The notes under the pieces: model-generated | The model's input: only the letters and a program-made list of their open reading frames with translations | Told to the model about the DNA's origin: nothing | Database searches by the model: none | In this document: one piece after another, positions 13,511-26,330 of the stretch | Layout of the letters: every line of letters starts with the position of its first letter | How positions within the stretch are numbered: the stretch's first letter is position 1 | Program-made: the position numbers and the translations under genes | Source: Mytilus trossulus | Taxonomy: Eukaryota | DNA: 64,000 nt | Direction of reading: 5' to 3' | Assembly: GCF_036588685.1 (NCBI RefSeq) | Contig: NC_086376.1 | Coordinates: forward strand, 15,872,001-15,936,000

Positions 13511-14080
13511 TGACAAAAGGCCCTTGGGGAAACTACTCAGCTAAAAAATTAAATTTTTTGCTCCATGCCTAAACCAAGAGCCTAGCTATGTGCATACTGA
13601 AAAGTAGCAAAGTATAGACCCCTGGCTTGACATCACACCAATCCAATTGGAACGATGGTTCAAAATAAATGCATGAGGCTATCAGGAAGCCTATGAGGCT
13701 ATCATTCCTAGAGGCTATCATGCCTATGAGGCTATGAGGAAGCCTATAATGAGAAAAAAAATACCTTAGATTTAAAAAAAAATGAATAATTGGGGTTCTT
13801 TGATAAGCCAAATTTAACTGTGTATTTTGGGCCCGGTTTTCAAATTGGTTCGCTTTGAGGACAAAAAGTTCCAAAATTGGTCCGCACTGAGGACACAAAA
13901 TTTTTAGTTTCTTTGATTTGCTGATCTAATCATATATCTAGATTTTGGATATTGGTCCAGATTAGGTAAATGTCCAATTTTAAAATTTGAAGTCTAAGCT
14001 ACCATTCATTTTTTGCCAGAAACGTTAGCTGTGTCGACTAACTTATAGTTTTAAATAAATGAATCATAAAACTGACTTAA

Positions 14081-14590
14081 AAGAGGGACGACAGACACCA
14101 TAGGGACAGTCAAACTCATAAATCTAAAACAAACTTACAACGCCATGGCTAAAAATGAAAAAGACAAACAGACAAACAATAGTACATATGACAAAACACA
14201 GAACACTAAAGAATAAACAACACGAACCCTACCAAAAACTAGGAGTGATCTCATGTGCTCCGGAAGGATAAGCAGATCCTGCTCTACATGTGGCACCCGT
14301 CGTGTTGCTTATGTGATAAGAAATCCGGTAAATAGTCTAATTCGGTAGGTCACATTCATGAAAGGGTAGGGGATTGTAGTTAAGAAGTAAGGACCATATC
14401 CAATATCATTTGTGAAACGGTTATTCCATAACAGTCAACCAACTCGTGATGGCGTCCGTAAAATTTACGAAGGGATGATTTCAACTCCACCATTTGGAAC
14501 TCTTGGTTTAATAGCTTCCTTGTGAGCAGCAACTCTCTACCATGATAAGAAATGCAAGCACGGGAATATCGTATCAATTGGGAGATATGA
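14081..14590 (-). mobile_element. Penelope-like retroelement 3' fragment (RT C-terminal remnant plus 3' region); shorter copies at ~9026-9135 and ~17767-17981
   Basis: ORF 14380-14577 (IRYSRAC...LLLTRKLLNQ...LKSSLRKFYGRHHELVD) resembles the C-terminus of invertebrate PLE reverse transcriptases; the end aagagggacgaaagatacc... occurs three times. Confidence 0.65.
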
Positions 14591-15566
14591 TACTTAAATC
14601 ATCAGATATAAAATAGAAAGTACCGAACATGAAATACTGGCAATTATTGAAACGACTATAGTTCAAAATTAAAATAAGGATATGTGGTATGAGACAACTA
14701 TCCACTTGAGTTCAAATGACGTACATGTGAGTAATTATAACTCAGTATACCTTTAACTAAATCGAATTGTCGGAGACTAAAATATTTATTAGAATACTGC
14801 TGACGGATTTCGAGAAACGACAAAAAAAAATGAAATCACAAAAATACTCAAACTCCGCGGAAAATTCAGTCGGAAAGTCCCTAATCACATGGCAAAATCA
14901 AATGACAAAACACATCAAAAACGAATGGAAAAACAACTGTCATATTCCTGACCTGGTACACACATTTTCAAATGTAGAAAATGGTGAATTGAACCTGGTT
15001 TTATAGCGCTAAACCTCTCACTTGTACAACATTGTCATCAAATTCCGTTATATTTACAACGATGCATAATAAATAAAATAGTCAAAATATGGGTACAGCA
15101 GTCATCAAAATGAATAGTCTGAGAATACAGTGACATTGTTCAATACCAAGATGTAAGCATTGAGAGGATGAAGGATAGTAAGGGTTCATAAATGTATAAG
15201 ATTTATTTAATTTTGCTGAAACTTATTCATCTCCTCTTTCTAAGCATATTATGTATAAGTCTGATGACGCGCGCTTTCTTTGTTGTTCGTTTTTCGAAAA
15301 GTGCTAAAATTATAGACCAAAAACAATATTTTTTGTTTATTTCATCTTTTAAATACAATAAATAATCCATAAATCACCGTCTCTAGATCCATTTGAATAT
15401 CAAGATAATAGTTCATGATCATCTCAAATGAGAAAAACTATTTAGTTTTATCGATGCAATTGTTACGTCAAATCTTTCATAAATAAACGAATTCATGGAA
15501 ATGAGTCGGCAAATCAAAGAGAAAAAACCCAAACGATGTCAGTTTAAACATGAACTTAAGTTCAGA

Positions 15567-16895
15567 TTATCGAGGTGTTCTTGCGTTTCTCCAGTCGGCA
15601 GCATCACTAAAATTACAGGTAGATAATCCACGTCGTCTCTGCCGGCTATTAAACTTCTTTGGTGGGGACGGTTTTTGAACTTCGTCTTGAGCTTCTTTTA
15701 TGGCTTGAGCTTTTTGGTTTGGAACTTTGACTTCAGCTTGCATAGGGAAATTCTTTGAAAAATCTCTCGCAAAATTGGTGAAATTTTCACATAACTTTTC
15801 GCACGTTTTTTGAGTGGCATCCTGCTTTCTTTCCAGATTTTGAATAGCTCTTAACTGCTCGTTTGCAGTCTTTTTCTTTTCTTCCTCGACCCGCCTGAGT
15901 TGTTTCTGGATATTTTCAATAGTGGTTTTCAACTTATTTATTTCTTTTTCCAAGTCATGATTTTTCCTTTCTAAAACTTTTATTTGCGAATCTTTTTCAG
16001 TATTTTTCTCTCTCTGTTTCCTTAGATCATCTAAAGCTCTGCGCTGTTGGTCTCTGAGCAGCTTTAGCTTGACGTTCTTATCCTCGAGTTCCGATGTTAG
16101 CTCATCAATCCGTACTCTAAGATCCGTTATTGTTTTGTCCTTTTCGTCATCGGTATCTGATTCTGACATCAGCTTTTCATCACCTGTAAGTAAATTTATA
16201 CTAAACCTTTATTGGGGGCTATTGATTTAAAATGGAATGCTTATTTGGCAAACGATATGATGTTACCTTCAAAGGGTTAAAAATAAAATATTAAGTCAAT
16301 ATCCATTTTCTTAGAGTTATTGAATCAACTAAAATAAGAAAGCAGCTTTGTAAAAAAAGCGTGTTATATTTGAACCAAACAGATGCTTATATTTAAACAT
16401 AGATGCAATAAGTTAGCAGACCTAACATAAGTTAGTTCTGTTGTTCTTACATTTGAAATAAGATGAAGAATTATCCATTTGTTTTAAATTATTTTCTAAA
16501 GGAATCAGTTTCAGTTTGCTATGTATGTAAATTTTAATAAATTGTTCTTCTTAATAGTTTTGTCATTTCATTCAGGTATAATATATATACGGTATATTGT
16601 TACCTTTACGAACGGACAGAGCATCTTCAATTTCTTTCGCAATATGTTCATTTCCGGTTGACTTCAGTGAATCTATGAATGTTTTATAGCATATCCCGCC
16701 TCGCCTGACCAATATTTCCAGAAGAGTCTGGCATTTGTCATCTGAAGATTTTTCGCCTCCACTGAACTGTATTCTTTCGTCCCACAGCAAACATCCCTCT
16801 TTTAATAGAATATCAAGAATACGATCTATATTGGTCAAATTTTTCTTTATATAAAGATTGCATTTCGTAAGCGCTGTCTTTTGAGTTGGGTCCAT
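15567..16895 (-). CDS. CARD + coiled-coil protein, paralogue 3 (~302 aa, 2 coding exons)
   Basis: Exon 1 16895-16604 (MDPTQKTALTKC...IDRILDILLK...LLEILVRRG), phase-1 GTAAC donor; CAG acceptor at 16186-16184; exon 2 16183-15567 is an in-frame coiled coil ending STCNFSDAADWRNARTPR. Confidence 0.85.
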
Positions 16896-17984
16896 GGTTA
16901 GCCACAACTAGCTATACATATTATTGTACTAGTTTCTTCTTGCCCCGAATATAATTAACACTTGTTTAATTGCAATCTATTTAATCATTTTTGTTATTTT
17001 TTAATTATCCAAACTGTTGGCTGATATGCTTAGCACGTGACGTTTTTTTGAATGAAGTGACTTATCAAATATCTTTCTACCTCATAAGTTGTGATCGAAA
17101 AGTGATACTATTTGTAATTATTACAATAATCGTTATAATAGATAAGAGGAAGATAATAGAAACGTTTTGTCATCACGTCTGTGAATCCTAACCGTGTTAT
17201 AATTGTATTGTCATACTTCTAGAAATAGCAGTTCTTGACAAGATCGCAAAGTTTATAACTGAAACCATTGTATCTGTCGACACTATCTAACCTTAGAATT
17301 AAAGAAGTATTTTATACCTTTTTGTGATTTAATAACATGTTTGATTATGTTAAAGTTATGTATTCATATGTTGCATGCAAGTGGATAGGAGTGTATACAT
17401 TTATGGATCTTCTGTCTATATTTTCCTAATCAAAAATTTTGATCTGAAAAACCAAGATTTTAGTTTGGAAATTCAAATAAATTTAATGCGATATCACTGT
17501 GAATTTGGGCTGGAAAGGGAGTGGTTGGTATGATAATTATCTAATAAACTTGTTCAGATACATCACCGTACATGGATCGCTGCAAAAATGGAAAATCATT
17601 TAACATATTATCTTTCTAAACAAACCGTGAATATTAAGAGATACTCTTAGTGCACCCTTTTAGTAGAAATATCTTTAAAAAAAATGTGGAATGAGTTCAT
17701 AGGGACACAGATGATGCCCCCGCTAACATTTAACATAATAAAGGGAAATTACTCAAGGACTGTAAAAGAAAAGAGGGACGAAAGATACCAAAGGGACAGT
17801 CAAACTCGTAAATCTAAAACAAACTGACAACGCCATGGCTAAAAATGAAAAAGACAAACAGAAAAACAATAGTACACATGACACAACATAGAAAACTAAA
17901 GAATAAACAACACGAACCCCACCAAAAACTAGGGGTGATCTCAGGTGCTCCGGAAGGGTAAGCAGATCCTGCTCCACATGTAAA

Positions 17985-18303
17985 AGTGACGCTTCCAAGT
18001 CTTTCAACAGTTTTAGGTTATTTGCACCTCTTTTCACCTCAACTATCTCCGGGAATTTTTTTTCTTCAAATGCTCATTAACTCAAATGTATATGAATAAA
18101 TATACAGCCTTCGTCAATATTTTTAAAGGGTTTTTAGAGGGTAAATTCCTAAACGATCGAGACCATCACACATCCCCGGTATGGTTGGGACAGGGGAAAC
18201 CCTTTCCTTTTTTTCAATTAGATGCTGAATGATGTTATTGCATGATTCTAGGGTTCTAGTGCAAATAACCTGAAACTGTTGAAAGACTTAGAAGTGGATT
18301 TCA
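17985..18303. mobile_element. MITE with ~40-bp inverted repeats; ~140 bp of its interior recurs at ~18980-19120
   Basis: cttccaagtctttcaacagttttaggttatttgcac versus gtgcaaataacctgaaactgttgaaagacttagaag. Confidence 0.6.
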
Positions 18304-18419
18304 CGGCATTTCTCGTTTTTGGCTCAATAGATATAGGAAGATGTGGTGTGAGTACCAATGAGACAACTCTTCATCTAAATAACAATATATAAAAGTAAAC
18401 CATCAAGCATTGATTCATT

Positions 18420-18895
18420 TTTTTGAACCCGCCGTATAGTGGAGGGGGCATTTAATTTTACCCTTGTCCTTCTGTACATCCATACGTCCCAAAATTGGTA
18501 TCCGTTCTCTAACTTGAGTTTGTCTCAACCAAATGTTATGAAAATTATACACAATGCTTATAACCGCAAATCACAGATCGAGTTTAAATTTTTGTGGCGT
18601 CACTTAACCTTAAAGAGTTCTAGGTAATTGGAAAAAATGCAAAACATTAAGTTTCCGTTCTCTTACTTAAGTTTGTTTCAACCAAATGCTTTGAAACTAA
18701 CAAAGAATGCATATTACCATAAAACTAAGAATTATTAGAATTTTGATGGCGTCACATATACGGTTGTTGAGTTATGTCCCTTGGCAAATGAAAAAATGCT
18801 GCCATCGGATTTTTTTGTTTCCGTTCTTTAACTTTAGTTTGCCTCAACCAAATATTATTACACAATACTTCTTACCTAAAAATACAGACTAAAAA
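18420..18895. mobile_element. Helentron-associated/MITE-like element with internal ~150-bp tandem repeats
   Basis: Three diverged copies of ccgttct..aactt.agtttg..tcaaccaaat at ~18502, ~18655 and ~18821, following a short terminal hairpin. Confidence 0.45.
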
Positions 18896-19610
18896 AAAAT
18901 GTATATATATAATGCTTAATACCGCTTAACTCAGTTAAGCGGTATTAACCATTATATTTACATTTTTTTTTAAATCTCATTTCACCTCAACTATCTCAGG
19001 GATTTTTTTTTCTTCAAATGTTCATTAACTCAAATGTATATGAATAAGTAAACAGCCTTCGTCAATATTTTTAAAGGGTTTTTAGAGGGTAAATTCCTAA
19101 ACGGTCGAGACCATCACACACAAAAACAATCCCGACCTTCCTTTTATGGTATTGAAGCTTTTGCTTAAATTTCACAGAGATCCTTATCTCGAGATCCATA
19201 TACTGAAACTAAAGTTATTCTCTGGAAACCAAATTACAACGACGCCGACGACGACGTGATAGCATTTCTTTTTTGAGGTCGTTGAACAATCAGTCAACCT
19301 CTTTGATGAAAACCACAGTGACAGTGCCAGTTTTTTTCCCTCTTATACAGTTTACTTGATCAAAGTTTATTAAACCACATCTTAATAAAAAAAATCTTTA
19401 AAAGTGACAAGACAACGACTCCAACCATTGAATTTGTACATATTATATCTTGTATGTTTGTATATAAAATGACATATATGGTATATTTTTTGAAAACTGA
19501 CAACCACATTGGGCAATTGTTCGTATCTAGTTGATGTAAAAAGCATTTACATTATTAACAAAATCATTGTAAAATAATATGCGCTGAAGATGAAGTCGGA
19601 GACCGTTATT

Positions 19611-19975
19611 TAAGAATTGAATGCTTCTTTTTGTAAATTTATTGGGGTGTAAAAGCGTTGACCGAAGTACATTTTGTATGAAGCGCGGAAGCGTTTCTTT
19701 CTAAAAATGTACGCACGGTCAACGCCTTTACAACCCTATAAAGTTACAAAAAGAAGCATTCAATACTTATAATTACATTTTTTTAGCTAGGATTATAAAA
19801 ACACGATTTTCATGTAGTTTAATTTTTAAATTCACCTGTGCACTTTATTGTGGGACCTCGTGTCATCATGAATGAAATGTTATTGTCTCATGCAATTGCT
19901 TACGGAATAACATGTGATGTGCAATTAGCCAATCAGAATAACGTATTATAATGAAACATACATCTAATGTAATTA
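19611..19975. repeat. Long imperfect palindrome (~160 bp, 19611-19770) at the start of a probable non-autonomous DNA element
   Basis: aagaattgaatgcttctttttgtaa...ttacaaaaagaagcattcaatactt with centre gaagcgcggaagcgtttc; ataattacat...atgtaattat bounds the adjoining segment. Confidence 0.65.
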
Positions 19976-20806
19976 TGAACCTATACTAGATAAGGCTCAA
20001 GGTTGGTGAATGTATCAAGTAGTAAGGTCATATAATCCATGGCAATGATTTCTTGAGAAATAATTCATTTTTATCAAAAAATAGAAAAAAGTATACCAGT
20101 TGTCAAGTGTGTCCTACAGGATGAAGAAATATAGTTCATTTTCAATTTAAATACGACTGATTTTGCGAGTCTTGTACTTGTAAAATAATCATCATTCAAT
20201 CTATATCAATTCTTGGTTTGCAATTTGAACACGTAGATATGTAAGCTTTTTAATGTTGGGTTGTTCGGAATCTCTGAATGCTCTGAATTTATAGACTTTG
20301 AATCAGTGAATCTGCGAACCCTAGAGAAGATACTTATTTCTCTTATGTAGAAATGTTGAAGGGACACTGGACGGCAAAAAAGTTTGAGATAATGGAACAC
20401 ACACCAAACTGTCTTGGTACATGTGTATACCGCTGTTCACGAAGAGGACACATTTTTTTACCTTTTGTTGTTAGATTTGTTTTGATTATTTGTGTTGTGG
20501 GGGTGCTGTCTCATCGACATGTATTCCACATCTCATTTAACTCAGTGACCTTAAACTGAAAAAAAAACCAATACCGATCACTGTCGACTCGTGTAATTTT
20601 TAAGGTCTTTAGATAGGTGGTTATAAAGACTGACACGACCGAATGTAATTTCTCTGTTACTAAATACTATAACATATCTACATAACATTTTATTACAAAA
20701 GATAAATGAAATAACTAAAGTTAACAAAATGTAATTACAAAAGTTAACAAGTTAATAGATTACCATCGTTTAAGTCCGTTTGTGCTTTTTAATCCAAATA
20801 TAGGTA

Positions 20807-21385
20807 TCAGTGTTTCTTAAAAGATTTCACAATCATTTTGTTCAAGTAATTTCCAAAAGTTTCATTTTGAGGACAATACTTGATAGTGTGAGCGTTATCG
20901 CCACGGGAACCACACATCGGACAAGTGTACTTCCTCAGAACTGGACAAAGTACTTTTCCATCCGGGTCTTTCAGGATATGGCTTTTATAAACTGAATACG
21001 ATTCCTTATTGTTCTTACAAAATACACAGAAGGTTTTCGTTTTCTTTCGATTTTTCGTGGTAATTGTAGGTTGAATGATATGTTGTGATGGATTATTTAT
21101 TATTCGATTCTGCATTTGGTAACGGTCAAGTTCGTCTAAATCACATTCTCTGCCATTTAATCGAAATTCCTCAAGGGCACCAGAACTAACTTCATCGATG
21201 TCTTTCACAGAGAAACATTCCAGTCCTGGATTCGTTAAACTTACATTTAAATACGTTTCACTTTTTCTCCAATCATTCGTATATTGACTACAGGATTGTC
21301 CGCTAGAGTCCTTCGTAGGGTTTCTGAACGTTGAAATTTCCATAGCTCTTAGCAGTTTGCCTAAAAAGATGCGTTGTGACTGCAT
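20807..21385 (-). CDS. nanos: Nanos-family CCHC zinc-finger RNA-binding protein (192 aa, single coding exon)
   Basis: [52 protein letters not shown] matches the zf-nanos spacing C-x2-C-x12-H-x10-C-x7-C-x2-C-x7-H-x4-C exactly; AATAAA on minus strand at 20693-20688. Confidence 0.95.
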   Translation of the reverse strand: MQSQRIFLGKLLRAMEISTFRNPTKDSSGQSCSQYTNDWRKSETYLNVSLTNPGLECFSVKDIDEVSSGALEEFRLNGRECDLDELDRYQMQNRIINNPSQHIIQPTITTKNRKKTKTFCVFCKNNKESYSVYKSHILKDPDGKVLCPVLRKYTCPMCGSRGDNAHTIKYCPQNETFGNYLNKMIVKSFKKH

Positions 21386-23039
21386 TTGAATTTACCGTAA
21401 ATTTTACGGTATTCCCAACTTTCTATTTTGGGTGATTTGACCATATCGTTCAGGTTACAGTTGCAAAATACTCTTGCCCCACTTTTACACGGAATGATAA
21501 TTTATTATTTTTTCAAAGTTTTATAGGAGAGTGAGCTTGGGGATATATATATATAATATCAAAAATCAAATCAAACATAAACATATTTGATTTATATATA
21601 ATACGATTACTTTAACGGTATTCAAAAGAAATTCGTTAATCCAGCTGCATGAATTCATACAATACTTTTCAAAGTCATACTGATTACGTGAAAAGTGAAC
21701 ATTTGCTGCTATAAAGTTGTCTAATTCAAGCATAAAACGTGCAGTGCCCCTCTAAATGCCCTCTTTGCTGGTGGTATGACCAAACTGTTGATCAAATGAC
21801 ACATTTACAGGTTGTTTATTGCATTAATTTTATTTCAGTGTAGAAATGAACGTTGACAGAGAGGCTGAGGTTCATTAAGTTTTTATCTGGAGAAAAATTA
21901 AACAGAACATTTTCCTTGATTTACGGATGTTACCACTATTATTGTGTATATCCTGTGCTGTACGGTGGAATGCAAGGTTAACCATAAAAATGTCCAAATT
22001 GTCAAGATGGCACGATTGCAAAACAAATATATTGTTCCGTTTATTTTAGATTATCTAGACTAAACTAAACAACTTTCTACGAACACATTTACCAATACAT
22101 TGCTATGGATATTATTTTTAGTAAACTTTTTTTTATTAATTTATCTGGAATGCTTGGAACAAAAATTTCGGACAGTCACTTTTATAACGAAATTTCACTA
22201 AACTGATACAGCCAAATTCATCACCCTGCCATATATATCTCTGCCAGTCTAAATCTAAAGGAGGCAATATTGTAACTCATTAAAAACTGGATTTTTAAGG
22301 GGGTCACTAACTGTTACATTGATTTCCTTTGTGTACGTTTATTGTCATAATATATGTAGTAAATGAACCCGGCTTAGCGCTATGCAGTGTGAAATATTTC
22401 ATGCACGTTCAAATGACGACAGAAAATTAACATTTTAAAAGAGGAAGTTTAGACTGCCAATGGAAAATTAATGATATGGATAGTGACAGACATTGTGCTT
22501 TGCAATAAGACATCTCAAGGAGTTTTTGCTGATCGGCCTAAGTTACCATTTTTTCAAGCCCGTCATACTTCAGGGTTGTTGAAAAAGAAGTAAGCTTTAC
22601 AGGGGCGAATCTAGCCAGTTTTAAAAAGGGGGATATCAACTCAGAATTAAAGGAGACCCAACCATATGTCGGACTCCCCATTCAAAAGCATTCTAGATCA
22701 TTATAGAAGGGATTTTCCAACCCCCTTTTTCATAAATCCGCAACCGCTTTACATATATATCAAATTACAAACCGTTAATTTTTCCATTATTTTATTTGAA
22801 TAATTTAGATTGAGGGTGTATGTAAATTGTATAATGCAACTGTATTAGGATTTGATCGAAGTCTGTCATCGAAGCAAATTAGCTCGCTTAAAAATTTGGT
22901 TAAGTGATATTATGGCAATCTTCATGACAGAATACATAATCTTCATATTTATTTTCTTATCAACATTTATCGATATAGTTTTCCAGCTTTTTGTTAAATG
23001 GTTATTTATGTCATTTTGTTTCTGCTGGGACCATAATAT

Positions 23040-23172
23040 CAGTGGCGGATCCAGAAATCATATATGAAGGCCCACTGACTGACCTAAGGGGGGCCGCGCC
23101 AGTCACGCTTCAGTGATTCCCTATATAAGCAACCAATTTCCCCCCTGCCCCCCCCCCCTAAATCCGCCTATG
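23040..23172. mobile_element. Short GC-rich MITE; related copy in opposite orientation at ~59618-59772
   Basis: cagtggcggatcc...aaatccgcct ends; internal ggcccactgactgacctaag shared with the reverse complement of ~59722-59741. Confidence 0.6.
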
Positions 23173-23774
23173 AATATAATAACAACTTATTGCTTGAACA
23201 TTTAAATACACGTCGGAAAAAAATGTTTCCGAGACACATCCGTTCGTGGTTTTGTGTGTTAGTATAGAATCTTCCGTGTATAATTATATGAAGCGTCATT
23301 GGATACAAACAAGGAAGTAATTTAAATCAATATGCGACTGACAATTTAAACAACTAAATGTAAGTTTATTGACTGGTTTTTGCACCATTCAATATTTTCA
23401 TTTGTCGAAAGCTATTATATTAAGTCATTAATGAGCACAAATTTTGCTACAAAAATCTCACATAATTTTATCCCTTCTGTATTCATGGTATTCAGTTTGT
23501 TGCAGATTTTTGTTTAATGTATTGTTAAGACGGTTTATTGTTTGTTGTTTGTGTCGGTAAAATGCTGCTGGTTCTCGACTTGACCAATGCATCTCACTTT
23601 TAATTTAAATATGCAGTCTAAAACTATGAAGACAAAAATAAATTAACTACTGAAGTATTACTGAAACAATTAGTTTGCAATAACTTGAAACGGTCTTGTA
23701 AGTGCCTAAAACTCATGACAATTAATCATGTATGTCATGTTTAGAAATTTTGTTCTAACAGTATATATGTTTAT

Positions 23775-23996
23775 GAGGGTTTGGATGGGGTTAAATGATT
23801 AAAGAATAATTAATCAGCCCTTAAAAATTGAAGATTAGAGAATAACGGGCCAAAAAATAGAAGATTAGAGAATAAAAGGGTTAATTTTTGGAAAATTAAA
23901 GAAAAAAGGGGATATTTTTTTAAAGATTAGAGAAAAAAAGGGTGAAAATTAAATGTTTACAGAATAACAGACCCCCCCCCCCCAATCCAGACCCTC
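23775..23996. mobile_element. MITE with GAGGG...CCCTC ends and 6-bp TSD
   Basis: gagggtttggatgggg / ccccaatccagaccctc; GTTTAT on both flanks; internal repeats aagattagagaataa. Confidence 0.6.
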
Positions 23997-24074
23997 GTTT
24001 ATGTTACTTAATATTAAAATATGGAATTGGCTGATCAAATGTCTGTGGTCTCATCTGCATAGCATTTTGTAAAT

Positions 24075-26330
24075 CCACAGCTCCTCAAAAACGGCTACAT
24101 AATCATGTCAGAATCCAACATTAACAGCTTCACAGGATTAAATCAAAACAGCTTTACAGATTTCAATCAATACAGCTTCATAGAAATTAATTAAAACAAC
24201 TTTACACAATTCAACCAAAACAGCTTCACAGAATTCAATCAAAACAGCTTCACAGAATTCAATCAAAATAGCTTTACAAAATTCAACCAGCACAGCTTTA
24301 CAAATTTCAACCAAAACAGCTTGACACAATTCAACGAAAACAGCTTCACATAATTCAACCAAAACAGCTTAAAAGAATTCAATCAAAACAGCTTTACAAA
24401 ATTCAACCAAAACAGCTTCACATAATTCAAAACAGATTGACTTATTAACCATATCAGCTTCAAAGAATTTAACCAAAACAGCTTGACAGAATTCAACCAA
24501 AACAGTATCAAAGAATTCAATCAAAACAGCTTTACAACTTCAACCAAAACAGCTTCACAGAATTCAAAACAGATTGACCTATTAACCATATCAGCTTCAA
24601 AGGATTTAACCAAGACAGCTTTACAGAATTGAATCAAATCAATTTTGCAGAATTCAACAAAAAACAGCTTATTAAAATTCAACCAAAACAGCTTGACACA
24701 ATGCAACCAAAACAGCTTGACATAAAAATAACCAAATCAGCATCACATAATTCAACAAAAAAAGCTTGACAGAATTCAACCAAAAAATATTTTAAGATTT
24801 CAACCTAAAAGAGCTTGACTTAACCAAAACAGCTTTACAGAATTAAACCAAACTGATTAACTGAACCAAAACAGCTAGACAAAAATCCAACCAAAACAGC
24901 TTGATAAAAATTCAACCAAAAAAGCTTCACTGAATTCAATCAAAACAACTTCACATAGTTCATCCAAAACATCTTCACATAATTCAACCAAAACAGCTTG
25001 ACAGATTCCGACCAAAACAGATTCATATATTTCAACCAAAACAGCTTGACAGAATCCAACCAAATTGATTAACTAAACCAAAAACAGCTTCCAAAAATTC
25101 AACCAAAACAGCTTGACATAATTCAACAAAACAGCTTCACAAAATTCAACCAAAACAGTTTCACAAAATTCAACGAAAACAGCTTCACAGAATTCAAACA
25201 CAACAGTTTCACAGGATTCAACCAAAACATTTTCACATAATGCAACCAAAACAGCTCCACAGCATCCAGAAAAAATAGATTGATAAATTCCAACCAAATG
25301 AGCTCCACATAACTCAAATTAAACAGCTTGACAGAAATAAACCAAAACAGTTTCACAAAAGTAAACTAAAACAGCTTCACAAAGTTCAACCAAAACAGCT
25401 TTACAGAATTCAACTAAAACAGCTAAACACAATTCAACCAAAACAGCTTCACAAAATCCAACCAAAACAGCTTCAAAGAATTCAATCAAAACTGCTTTTC
25501 AAAATTCAACCAAAACAGTTTCATAGAATTCAAAACAGATTTACTTATTAACCATATCAGCTTTGAAGGATTAAACCAAGACAGCTTGACACAATACAAC
25601 CAAAACAGCTTGACATAAAAATAACCAAAACAGCATCACATAGTTCAACAAAAACAGCTTGACACATTCCAACCAAAACATAATTTAAGACTTCAACCAA
25701 AAAACAGTTTGACTTAACCAAAACAGCTTAAAAGAATCAAACCAACTTGATTAACTAAACCAAAACAGCTAGTCAAAATCCAACAAAATAGCTTTACTGA
25801 ATTCAATCAAAACAACTTCACATAGTTCAACCAAAACATCTTCACATAATTCAACCAAAACATCTTGACAGATTCCAACCAAAACAGATTCATATATTTC
25901 AACCAAAACAGCTTGACATAACCAAAACAGCTTGACAGAATCCAACCAAATTGATTAACTAAACTAAAACAGCTTGACATAATTCAACCAAAACAGCTTG
26001 ACAGAATTCAACCAAAACAGCTTCACAGAATTCACTCAAAACAGCTTCACAAAATTTAACAAAAACAGTGATCAAATCCAATCAAAACAGCTTCACACAA
26101 TTCAAACACAACAGCTTGACAGAATTCAACCAAAACAGCTTCACATAATTTAACCAAAACAGCTTCACAGAATTCAACAAAAATAGATTGATAAATTCCA
26201 ACCAAAAGAGCTTCACATAAATCAACTAAAACAGCTAGCCAGAAATAAACCAAAACAGCTTCACAAAAGTAAACTAAAACAGCTTCACAAAATTCAACCA
26301 ATACAGCTTGACAGAATCTAACCAAAACAT
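24075..26330. repeat. 24-bp minisatellite (~90 diverged copies), consensus AATTCAACCAAAACAGCTTCACAG
   Basis: Directly visible; the minus-strand ORFs are 8-aa repeats (VEFCEAVL), confirming the period. Confidence 0.95.

Noticed and set aside
13569-13898. 109-aa ORF next to the Ngaro remnant
   Set aside because: Runs through short tandem repeats (gcctatgaggctatc) in apparent repeat DNA and has no protein motif.
24138-26325. Cys-rich VEFCEAVL repeat ORFs
   Set aside because: Translations of the 24-bp minisatellite, broken by stops and frameshifts.
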